A DNA stretch of 64,000 nucleotides from positions 1 through 64,000 of the forward strand of contig JAQGDQ010000680.1 of the NCBI GenBank assembly GCA_030141605.1, given 5' to 3'. This DNA comes from Tubiluchus corallicola. Taxonomy: Eukaryota > Animalia > Priapulida. Positions within the stretch are counted from its first letter, which is position 1. Each line of letters starts with the position of its first letter. The position numbers were made by a program, and so were the translations under genes. A model generated the notes under the pieces. The model did not search any database. It was not told the origin of the DNA and was given only the letters and a program-made list of their open reading frames with translations. Below are positions 53,161 to 64,000 of the stretch, piece after piece.

Positions 53161-54658
53161 GAGCTGTAGCCCATAAAGCCCATGCCTTAATCTGGTGTTG
53201 GTTATGTCGACAAGGACAAATGTTATTGCTGAAATATTTATCAGGCATTATCATAGTTGTTCATAGTTCATGCAGGACTAATAAAACTCAAATAGGTAAT
53301 GGCAGTTGGTGTTCATGATAGCAGTATAAGACAACTGAATGTGGAACAATAAATTTCAATACCGTAAAGGGAGCAAAAATAAATTTAATAAGTTTTCTGG
53401 TGTAATAATCGATAACTAAATAACAAGAAAATAGTTGCCCTGCAAGTGCCTCCCTATTAGTTACTCTATATTTAACCGTTAGCCTGTCTATTATCTATAT
53501 TATTAATTATAGGCATACTAAATATAAGCTCTGCCTAAGCATCACACCTAGAAGGTAAAACCGAATCCATAAAAATGACTGACACAATACAATATTTTTA
53601 TTTTTTTAAATAAAACTGTGACTGTCAGTGAAAAATGAGATGATATATACATTATAGTTCTAACACGTATACTTGTAACTCAGCACTGGTATCTTGACAG
53701 TATTGCCCACTTCTACCATGATCACAGTTTGTCCTTTCTTCATTCGATGGCTGTGGCTAAATGGGTAAAGGCATAATAGTCTACACTCTACAGAATCCCA
53801 GAAACTGGCTCTTGCTATTGTATTGATTGTATTGCATCTTTAAGCATCTATGCATGAGTAAGCAGAATATCATTCAGTATAAGTACAAGCAAAAAGAAAC
53901 TGAGTTCTCATCAACCTTAGTTGGTATTAGTGCTCTAATTAATAAATGTGGTAAACATTTTGTTTACAAGTTTATATCAGCTTCGTGTTTGTTGTTGCTG
54001 AATTATGTATCTGCGTATTTATTTTAAAGGGACAAAAAGATAGGTTTTGTTTAATTTTGCGATTTAATTAAACAGCTACGAAAACTCACACTTTGTATTA
54101 AACAGCTCATCTGATATTCAGTTGCATAGCTTTATTTTTACACTTCATTTCTTTATTGACTCAAATAACTTTGTGACTCAACATACTCATTATTTCCCTT
54201 GACTACGTAGGCCTAACTTGGAGATAATGTGGCTCAGCTCATGGCATTATTAAACTAAGACCTCATGTAGACTTCACCACAACGCTAAGCTTGTTGCCAG
54301 AAAACTAAAATCACTGTCTTTTACTTACAACTAGTTTTTAAACAACAACATTTGCTGTGGCGTTATTTGTATTAGCTTTTTGAGACAAAGTAATTAAATG
54401 ATACAAAATCTCTATAAGCTTTCAATAATGTAAACTTGAAAGACACGAAAATATTTTAATCACTCGAGCATGAACTTTTCAGGATAGAAAAGGATAGATG
54501 GATAATTAACTACAAAAATATATAAGTAATGAACTTTATAGCTATTCACCTCAATTTTTTCAAGTTCTATTTTAAAAGTCAGGAAGGTTTTAACCATTTT
54601 ATAATGAACTGTCGTATTTGTAATCTTACAGGTACATTAATTTGCAAAAATAAAGACA

Positions 54659-56350
54659 ATGACAGCAGATAAAAAAGAAGCAAGTGCACATGAGTTGTCC
54701 ATCCGGGCGTATGCCTCACTTGGATTTGCTATAGTGTGTCTTTTTATTGGTTTGCCTTTATGGTGGAAAACCACGACTGTATATAGGATAAGGTTACCTT
54801 ATCATGATATAGGTAACTTGTCTCATTCACAAATCACGTTTACATGTTATCTGACTATTGTAGCATGCAGTGATGATTTTAAAGTTCGAAATTTGGATTT
54901 GTTCAAACGTGAACTTGAAACACAGCTTTTTCTTTACCAGAGTATTTCAGCATATCGTGAGATTGTAGTGCAGTATCGAGTACATTCACGATTTGCTTAC
55001 GACGAGGAAAAAGAGCTGTTGTCTCAAGCTGAAACTCTAAAAGAGTTAAGCTATAAAATGACTTTACAAAATATCTTAGATCAGTATGGACATTATCATC
55101 TATTTCTCTTACCGAGGCAAAGCAAATTTTCCATGGTCACCAATTCTGATAAAAACATGTACTTGGGCCGCCACAGGAATGTATTCATATTTTTACCAAA
55201 TGATGAAAATCATCTAACAGGTATTGTCTCTAATGTGACTGAAGTGTTTAGAGACATCATTGTAAATGAACAATCCATTTTGCAAATTGTGAATAATACA
55301 GCCAACGTCAAAGTGACAAAGCATCTAGAGCCTGACAGAAATAGCATGAGATCAGTAAAGTCACACGCACAGTATGACATTGTCTTCAGTTTGCTTAACC
55401 CTCAACCAAATGTATTCAACGTACTTTGTGATTTTAATGCAGCTGTGCAAAAGTATATGACAGGTTTTTTTGAGAAGTTGTCTGTGATTGCAGCATTTAA
55501 AGTGGAGTCCCATATACTTTATTTTACAGCACTCGGCATGCATCCAAAGAAAAATGAGAAGACTGGTAATTTTGAAGTGTCGCAAGAACAACTGCCGCAC
55601 AGTATAAATGCAATAGAAAAGCGTTTAGCGTCTTATGTGTCGACCAATCCCGTTTTACATTTTGTGGTTTATATCACTCCAAGTCAAATCACCCCTCTTG
55701 TAATAATTGATAACAATGAAACAGAAGTACAAACAAATGCTTTTCTGAGTCCTCGTTGGGGCGGTATTCATATTTATAATATGCCAGCACAGGATGAAAA
55801 TAGTTCTTCGCCTATTCAGCATGTAATAAACTTGGAGACTTCTATGAAAGTATTCCTGACACAGCTACGTCTTTTCCTAGGGATTAGTAACCATGGTTTT
55901 AATGAGGTAATACACAGAGAAATACCAGCACATGAAGGTATAAACGACTGGGAAATTGACACTTTAATATGGCAGCGAACAACAGAAAATTTGCTCACTA
56001 CAATTAACACACTACAGTCACTTGCCCAACTGCTAGAAGAGATTAGCAACATTGTTATTAATGATGAAATTGGACAGGAGGTATCTTTGGCTGTGGCATC
56101 AGTGCATGAGTCATGTAGATTACTGAAACGTGGTGATATCAAAGAAGGTTACAAACGATCCCAGCAAGCTCTCATTGCCTCGGAAAAGGCATTCTTTGAT
56201 CCATCTCTTCTAGCATTACTATATTTTCCAGATGACCAGAAGTTTGCTATTTACATTCCTTTGTTCCTTCCTATTAGTATACCAATAATTATGTCGCTAC
56301 GCCATCTACGTTACATATTCCAGGAAAAAGAGAAAAGAAAAACAGATTAA
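54659..56350 (+). CDS. PIGS: GPI transamidase component PIG-S, intronless CDS (563 aa)
   Basis: N-terminal TM segment with IGLPLWWKTT..YR..LPY, NAFLSPRWGGI, TLQSLAQLL.EISNIVI and SEKAFFDPSLLALLYFPDDQKFAIYIPLFLP. A splice acceptor at 54631 lies just 5' of the ATG. Confidence 0.97.
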   Translation: MTADKKEASAHELSIRAYASLGFAIVCLFIGLPLWWKTTTVYRIRLPYHDIGNLSHSQITFTCYLTIVACSDDFKVRNLDLFKRELETQLFLYQSISAYREIVVQYRVHSRFAYDEEKELLSQAETLKELSYKMTLQNILDQYGHYHLFLLPRQSKFSMVTNSDKNMYLGRHRNVFIFLPNDENHLTGIVSNVTEVFRDIIVNEQSILQIVNNTANVKVTKHLEPDRNSMRSVKSHAQYDIVFSLLNPQPNVFNVLCDFNAAVQKYMTGFFEKLSVIAAFKVESHILYFTALGMHPKKNEKTGNFEVSQEQLPHSINAIEKRLASYVSTNPVLHFVVYITPSQITPLVIIDNNETEVQTNAFLSPRWGGIHIYNMPAQDENSSSPIQHVINLETSMKVFLTQLRLFLGISNHGFNEVIHREIPAHEGINDWEIDTLIWQRTTENLLTTINTLQSLAQLLEEISNIVINDEIGQEVSLAVASVHESCRLLKRGDIKEGYKRSQQALIASEKAFFDPSLLALLYFPDDQKFAIYIPLFLPISIPIIMSLRHLRYIFQEKEKRKTD

Positions 56351-56579
56351 TTAGTGTGATTCAAATATTTTAGTTCTTTTTATAATAGATTCAATACAAA
56401 ATTTACACTTAAGTATTACATGTTGGCAGTGTATTTGTGGACATAATTAATAAACTTAATGAAGAGATAATGTGCTATTTGTGAATGTTGACACTAATGG
56501 AAAGTCTAGGACATGCTCTGATTTTTTGAGTCCTGTTGATATAAACAAACTCGGAGGTCTTCTTTGTGACGATACTGTC

Positions 56580-59500
56580 CTAGAACTTCCACATGTCAAG
56601 GACTCTTCCTAGATTCATACTGATTTTGTAGTGTGAGTGTTTCAGAATGGACGATTGAGCTAAAATACAACAGCAATAGTATATTTGAGTGGAATGCTCA
56701 ACAGCAGCAGCAGTTTTGATTAAGTATGTTTCATTGTGAGTAGATCAGCAGACTATTTTTCATGGCACGGTATTTCCACCTCAGTGTACTCACCGTAACA
56801 TCAGTGGGTGCAACAGATTAAAAAGAGTCAGCACATCTGTGCTCCCCCTTTACAGTGTGAACAGAGTTGTGTTGTTTTAGCAAACGTGCTTTCTGTTTCT
56901 GATTCACACAGTAGTGAAAGTAAAATTATTAGCTTTGCCGGAACTTTGAAAACAACTAGGCTGGATTCCAATAGAAGCTTATTTAAATATTTTTTCGATA
57001 TGAGTTTTGATACACATCAGTATCAGACGGTAGAACACGCATTTCAAATGAAATACTTTTACTACTTCCAGTATGGGAAGTAAAAATAACCCTGCGTACA
57101 CAAGTGCAAATTAAATTTCGTCACCAAATTCAACCATAATCCCAATTCACTTCAAATTACATTTCCAGTGCAGACTATGAATTAAGAACGAAAAATGGTT
57201 CTCAAAATCTAGTAAGTCGATTAGCATTATTGGTATTAAATCTTGTTTTAGGAAACTCGATTTTCTTCTTTGAAGTTGCTCAATGGTTAAGTCTGCTTGT
57301 GAAGGCAATATGTTTGCAAGTTGTTGTTGCACTAGGTCATAAGAGAGCTTGATAATCCTCACTGCTCATTAATCCAAATTATGCTTGGAATGCAAAAGTT
57401 TTTATGAATAAGAGTGAGAAAATGGTTCTCTAAATCTAGCAAATGAATTAGCATTAAAAGTGGTATTAAATCGCATTTTAAGCTGCTGCCATATACTTGA
57501 TTTTCTTCTTTGAAGTTGCTCGATAGTTAAGTCTGGTTCTGAAGGTAATATGCTTGCATGCTTTTGTTCCACAAGCTCATTGACAGCTTGGTAATGTATC
57601 CTCATTACTTCTCGTAGGTCATGAGCAACTACAAAGAAATGAAAATGCTAATTATCAGTGTGCATATAATAGCTGTGATGTACACATACGTACAATGTTT
57701 ATAATAATTAACCAGGGCCTGGCTATGAACAAGTTTGGCTCGGACCTTAATAAGTTTACATTTTACGTATCATAACTAAGTAACTAATTTCTGCAAAAAA
57801 TTATTATTTTGACTTTCTTCAGAAACTAACATAAAATCGGGGTTAGAAATGATAATATTCAAAATTCAAGTTGACATGGACTGATTAAAAAGATCTTAAA
57901 GCACTTTATATTTACAAATATAGTTTTCTAACAGGAAGATTTTGCATAGCGCGTGAAGGTAATGTAAATGAATTGCTTACTAAAGTTGAACAATAAGGAG
58001 TTTTATATTTTATCGAGAATAATTATATTGTTCAATGATTTGCATAATATTTCTTATCTTTATGTTATATTGAGAGATCAGTGAATTTTGTGATGCTTGT
58101 ACCTATAAAGTTATCAATGAACAATTAGAAGCATTGCAATTTTAAGCAAATAATCCCCATATTTTAGCAATCTGTTTCGCAAGATACATACATGTATGTA
58201 ATGTCAACTGTTTAAACTACTTCAATATTTTTGTGAAGTTCCTCATTGTTTAAGCAAAAATTCGTTCAACCAACCAGATATACAAAAACTGTTTCATTAG
58301 TAGAAAGTGCTTACTACTGAGTAATAGTAGCTGAATTTCCACAACAAATAGTAATCACTCCGAAAAAGTAGTGGGGGCAATTACTTTTTTAAAAAAAATA
58401 GTTGTTGCAATTATAATTACTGTATGAAGGTAGCGCTATCATAGCCACTACTTTTGTGCCAGGACTTCTGGGCATCGTTGGTTTAGTACAGCGCAAAGTG
58501 GAGATTGAATGTGAAAAGAGCCCGTTAATAGTGATAATTAAATTGTTAACTGGCAGCTAAAGAAACCTACACACAAGTACATATTGCACCAAACTTTATT
58601 AAGGTTCTAACTACATTCAAACCTCTTTATACTACCCACTTGGCCCAAGTTTGCGGTAAGCAAGTTTAGCATTACAACTATGTATATTAATGCATACATG
58701 TCTACGCAAATCTAGACATTTTGTTTTGCCAAAAATACGGGCTGGCATTAGAAAGGAGGCTATACAAGGTTGGCATTAGAAAGGAGGATGTTATAACGAG
58801 GTTTGACTGTGGCCCATCATGATTTTAAAGAAACACTTGCAGGTCATTTATACATTGTCATATCAAAGAAAATTATTCTTGTGACAGATTATTTTATTAA
58901 CATGCAATAAAATACTGTTCAAATTTAAAACATGTTTATTTGTTTTAAAAATAAGCAAAATATGTCTTTCAAGAAAAAACTCACGAATAACAATAACCAG
59001 AGAGGTATGTGACATATTAGAGTCTCTTCACTGTGCCTGAGATCTTTACAATTACAAGTACGTATACAGTGACACAGCTGACTAAACCTGTAGAAGTCTG
59101 CAGTTTTTATGAAAACACAACTCGCTATGTACACATTTTCAACAGAAAGGTTTAAATGTAGTGCCGTTATAATTATAAGTAGTTAAATTATGATTTAACG
59201 CTATCTGTTTTCAAGATAGTGGTACTACTGCAGCATTACTAATTTTAGAAGTGATGCTAAGTAGTGGTTCAACATGTGGCACTATTACCTAACACTGTCA
59301 CTTAGTAAGTAAATGAAATTTTAGCTTTATCAATTTCTCCTACCTTTCGTTTCAAAGGACCTTCCTGTGCTCTCAAGCTTCACTTTTTGCAAGAAATTTA
59401 TCATTGCCGCTGTTGCAAGAATCTTGCCTTCTCTTGTCAGTCCTTCAAAATATTGCAGGTCCACCTCAAGTGGATTAGTCGGTGGGAGAACACAGCAAAG

Positions 59501-62500
59501 TCGAACCAGTTCAGCAAGTATTTTCCACAGGGGCATGTCTACATTTAGGTAAAAATATGTGGTTTGAGATCACTATTCCAGTTTATTGCCGTTATGCGTG
59601 CTTACAGGGGTTATGGACACAGCCTATTTCAACACATAGATAAATTGGACATGTGGACACAAGGTAATTTGGAAACATAGGATCTTTGGACAAAAGATAA
59701 TTTGAAACAGAAGACTTTTGGACACTAGGTGTTTTTCACGGGATATTTAGACAGGAAGGTAATTTGAATACATTAACTGTTTAGACACCAAAGTACCATT
59801 TGGATTCAGTCCTGATATCGTACCATTTATCAACATCGTTTGTTTAGTTATGCCCTGTTCTTGTAGATGGGCTGAATTTAAGCCGTTTTTTGCAAAATTC
59901 ACGAAGTTTCTAATACCTAGAAAACTGTGGATCAAACAAATGATTTATTATCTATTTTGAAAGATTATTCTTCTCGCTACTTCGAATTAAACATTGCGCG
60001 AGAATTACAATGCGTGTCCAAATTACCCGTGTCCCAGTCACATTACCAATTTGTCCAAGCTGCCTTGTGTCCAAATGACCTATGTATCAAAATTACCTAT
60101 GTGTTGAAACAGTTAGTGTCTGCACACCGTTATGCAGGTTGTATTTCAGTGCAAAATATCGGGTGACGCAGAAAAAATTTGCCAAAGTTTAGACTACAGT
60201 ATTAAAAAAAGGGTCCCAAGTTTAAACTTCACAGCATGATATTACAGTACTTTAACTTTTGGTTGTAAAGTCACATATATAGAGGACTCAATACAAAGCA
60301 ACAAAACCTTTAAGAAATCAACCAGTTTACATTATGGTTTTCACCACAGAAACTAAATCACTGATAAAGATATGTTGCCAAGAAAAAATGCAACTTAATC
60401 ATCCGGATTTCTGTATCTGAAATTCCCATAAAGCACAAGAAAACCCTCCACTTACAGAAATCTTAAAAAATTCATCTTGAAATTTTATACCACTTACGGT
60501 ACTGCCTTTTTGCATGCAGTGCTTGCGTCAGCAGTAACGCTGTATGAAGCTTGTAAATTTAAACTCCCGCAGCAACCATTAGGGGCAGCCATTTTAATGG
60601 TAGGTCACTTGAAACAAGTTTAGATAATATTTCTTGAAGTTTGAAAAAATAATCAGACAACGCATAGCACATATATTAGTAACTAAGAAAAACTTTAAAT
60701 TACTGTATCTTGTCGATAAGATTAAAAATAGGCTTTTGGTTAGTTTAGAGTGGCGCACCCTGGAGAGTGAGCCAGTGACATTTTACCAATTGGCACAAAC
60801 ATTTTAAATTACATTTCTAGTTACATAAGTCTTTCCAGCAGATAAGCAAAGTGCTAAGTAATATAGATTTGGATGGAAAGTTTTTAGGTCATAATTTAAC
60901 ATTGCCTTTTTTCCCCTGATTTAAGTTTGCATAGTGACGTCATGTAATGGTGACTTCAGAACAGTAACGCGGGAGATTTAAAATGAAAACAAACAAAAAT
61001 TCCTTTTAGCGCGAGTATAATATATGCATAAAAATGCTGTGAAGTTGTTCACAAATCATCAAATTCACAACCTAGAGTCATTGAATATGCCAGTAAAGCC
61101 CAAAGGGATGCATAACAGAGGTACATCCAAATGGAGCATGAGGCCTTAGCAGTTGTATGGGCCGTCAGCCGTTTTAGACTCTACACTGTACAAGATTGTG
61201 ACATTTTGTCGCATACAAACTGATTTATCAGGAATATGCAACAAATGTTTTCTTTTTTTGGACTGAGCACACCACAGTGTATCACATGTGGATAAAGATA
61301 AAAAATGGAAAGATCATAAAGTTTTTACACACTAATTTCTCAAGGCAAGATCTTTTTATCCAAATTTATATGACAGTCTTATTAGTTTGATTAATACCAG
61401 GATACAGGTAGGCGTTCTTTGCACTATTACCATATATTCAGAAATTCAATAATGAACAAGCAGACAAACAAACATGAGTGCTTTTTTATAAAAACGTGCA
61501 AAAATTTGTTTAATGGCATATTCTAACGAATAAAATTCACATACACTTTTACATAGATATAAGAGAACTTAAATTACCCCATCCCAGGTTAAACGAAGGA
61601 GAGGAAGGGCATTTACCAAAGTATGGATCCACCATGAATCCATCAATGCAGCAGAGCATCCCAATGAGCATTGTCACATCGAGATACCATGTGCCCGGCC
61701 ATCCAGGGTATGTACTTCATAACCATAACTGCATGGAAAGTGTCTGTAGTGCTTATACATCATAGATTTCTCCCACAGGAGAAATGCAGCAATTCCAAAC
61801 GACTCTGTATGCTCCTGTACCTCTAGGACTGCATCGCATATAGCAAGAAAATTCTTCGTCTCACCAAAACACCATTGAGCACTGCCACCCAATCAGATTC
61901 TGTCTACTCCAGATGCCTATACTGTAGCAATTCCACCACACAGATGTGGGACCAACAGCCAAGAACGACGGCATTCGCAACAAAGTTTCACTGCTACTTT
62001 AAATACTGCAAAGGAACCGCCTTGAATTCCTCTCAAAGAAATAGAGAACAGAACCAGAAATCACTTTGTTTGAGATATCATAGTTAATAATGAACTGTTT
62101 CACTGCCCATCTTAATCCAACAGATTACAGGATCACCAAAAGTCTGCTGTCAAACGTCTTACTTCAATCACAACTTAACCCGTAATGTTAGTAACAACGA
62201 AATCACGGTTCAGTGAAATCCAGAGGCACAAAACCTTACCTGAGCAAAATCATTGAAGTCATGTGGCGGAAGATCGCTATCATAAACAGGAAGGGCAGAG
62301 GTATTAAAGGAAGGGCAAGGACTCAACTCTATCACAGAACAAAAGTGAATATTTTATTATGCTAAAAATTAGGATATGTACAAAATGAACTCCAGTATAA
62401 ATGGGATAACTGCGACGTCACAAAGATAGCGATACACAACTGAGATACCTTCATGTTTCCATAGTGACGTAGTTTTCAGCTTTAGTGGACTGTCTTTTTC

Positions 62501-63998
62501 CGGACTGTCTTCTGTCATCTGCATTAAAGTAGCATGGTTTGAACGTAGCCAGACATATGGGCAGCCATATCTTATGTAGGCAGCTATGAGAAACAAGGTT
62601 GATCTGTCATCCTGGGAAACAATATTTATGATTAGTTTATTGAATCAACAGGCCAATTTTTCCTTGTAACCTGTATTACATGCAGCTTGCGATATGTACT
62701 ACACTATAACTATTACTTGTAATGTGATATTATAATCATGCAATTCATTAATCAAGAGTTAAGCTGTTGTCAATGTCAAGTCCTCTTCACTCTGGGACGC
62801 ATACAAGTGATTCTGCACCACGAGCATCTTTGGATCTGTGGGGTATCTGTTTCTGGTTCCAGTAATAAGGCACTTGCTTTCTTGTGTCACTAAGAGAATG
62901 AAACGACAACCATTGATATTTTTAGCACTACTGACAATTAGGCCTGTAACGATACATCAATGCATTAATGCATGGTGATATCTTTTATTACGATATGCAT
63001 ACCGTCAAAGTGCATCCGTATTGTGATAATCTGAGTTAATCATATTTAGCAAATTAGCATACGCTTGACCGTGTGCCGATAAAACAATTCAAACTGCAGA
63101 GAATGCTACTAACTACGTAGCAGATGCATTAATGCATGGTGATATCTTTTATTACTATATGCATACCGTCAAAGGGCATCCGTATTGTGATAATCTGAGT
63201 TAATCATATTTAGCAAATTAGCACACGCTTGACTGTATGCCGATAAAACAATTCAAACTGCAGAGAATGCTACTAACTACGTATCTATAGATATTTAGAT
63301 ACCTATAAATCAGTGCAGTGAACAATAGTTGACTTGACACAGGCACTGCTAGAAGCAGAAGCACTTGAAAATGTGTATCTGTAGCAGGCTAATTAGTAAT
63401 TACAAGTTATTTACATATAAACTTGTGAAATGGCAAAAGTAAACCAGAAAATGCACAAGCTACTTTTAAACCTAACGTGTTGATAAGTTTTGCTTTTCGG
63501 ATGGTTTACAAAACAAACAATAGCCTACTCATTACACAAGTAATAAATAAAAATCAGACAGTTTACAATACTAAAACTGTCGATTGATAAAATATGTTTA
63601 GCACCTTTATCTAATGTTTTTCGTAAAACCTGCACACTCTGGCTCAACTGTAGCGTGATATTATATCGTCAGGTTAGTATCATGATAAGTATCGTATGTG
63701 TATCGTATGATATGTATTGTATGACCTAGGTGTTTCATTACAGCCCATTGACAATAAAGTTGCCTTTTATAAGTAAAAAATAACAAATACAATATAAATC
63801 AGGTGAAAACACAGAAAGATGTAGTTCCCCACAGTGCCTACTAGAGAGCTGGCCCTGCCGACAGCCCACCGTTTAAGACACTAGTTGTCACACCTTGCAG
63901 ACGAACTCCTGATCACTAGGTGAAGCAGGTCGCAATCCAAAAGAATGTTTAGTTCCATCTCCCCAATTGGTCAACTGTTTCTGCGTGTCGATTGACAT
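56580..63998 (-). CDS. Uncharacterised multi-exon protein (may be 5'-incomplete; last exon uncertain)
   Basis: Phase-consistent exons 63998-63894, 62611-62449, 59538-59344 and 57628-57497, then a candidate terminal exon 56659-56580. They read ...LRPASPSDQEFVCK|DDRSTLFLIAAYIRYGCPYVWLRSNH...KDSPLKLKTTSLWKHE|DMPLWKILAELVRLC...|VAHDLREVMRIHY... From memory this resembles the zebrafish si:dkey-19b23.7 family, which is unverified. Confidence 0.8.
57200..57610 (-). repeat. Tandem duplication (~240-bp period) of an exon and adjacent intron
   Basis: ILPSQADLTIEQLQRRKSS (57147-57362 ORF) versus ILPSEPDLTIEQLQRRKSS (57402-57605 ORF). Downstream intron sequence is also similar. Confidence 0.85.
59608..60128 (+). 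mobile_element. Compact copy of the TGTCCAAA-array non-autonomous DNA element
   Basis: Runs GGGTTATGGACACAG...GTGTCTGCACACC, with the same termini as 16940-18253 in opposite orientation. Confidence 0.8.
61080..61184 (+). mobile_element. Ty3/gypsy pol RNase H fragment
   Basis: Translates to IEYASKAQRDA*QRYIQMEHEALAVVWAVSRFRLY. Confidence 0.8.
62939..63747. mobile_element. Non-autonomous hAT-like MITE with an internal 164-bp tandem duplication
   Basis: Imperfect TIRs TAGGCCTGTAACGATAC / GTTTCATTACAGCCCA, near-perfect 8-bp TSD CTGACAAT/TTGACAAT, CGATAC/GTATCG subterminal repeats, and 62960-63123 repeated at 63124-63283. Confidence 0.8.
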
Positions 63999-64000
63999 CA

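Noticed and set aside
63870-63893. In-frame TGA after ...FVCKV as a selenocysteine codon
   Set aside because: GTGTGA is better explained as the splice donor joining in phase to 62611. A TAA follows a few codons later and I saw no SECIS.

Overview
This is AT-rich, intron-containing invertebrate animal DNA, not prokaryotic; I saw no CRISPR arrays, rRNA or tRNA. The host genes are: (1) a FAM8A1-like first coding exon present three times in a tandem-plus-inverted rearrangement (1-7.8 kb); (2) a complete 15-coding-exon MAP3K13/12 (DLK/LZK/wallenda) gene on the minus strand (16.1-30.3 kb); (3) a 58-aa SMCO4 microprotein ORF, missed by the ORF track, head-to-head with that kinase; (4) intronless neuferricin (CYB5D2) and PIGS coding sequences; and (5) a spliced uncharacterised gene on the minus strand that runs off the right edge. 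The remainder is dense with transposon debris: CR1/L2-type and RTE/RTEX-type LINEs, a Penelope GIY-YIG fragment with hammerhead-like relics, hAT elements with target-site duplications (TSDs), a solo LTR and tandem-repeat MITEs. The most interesting candidate is a possible bicistronic SMCO4-CYB5D2 mRNA. All exon structures were derived by hand from GT-AG sites and phase continuity. Family names come from motif recognition, not database searches.
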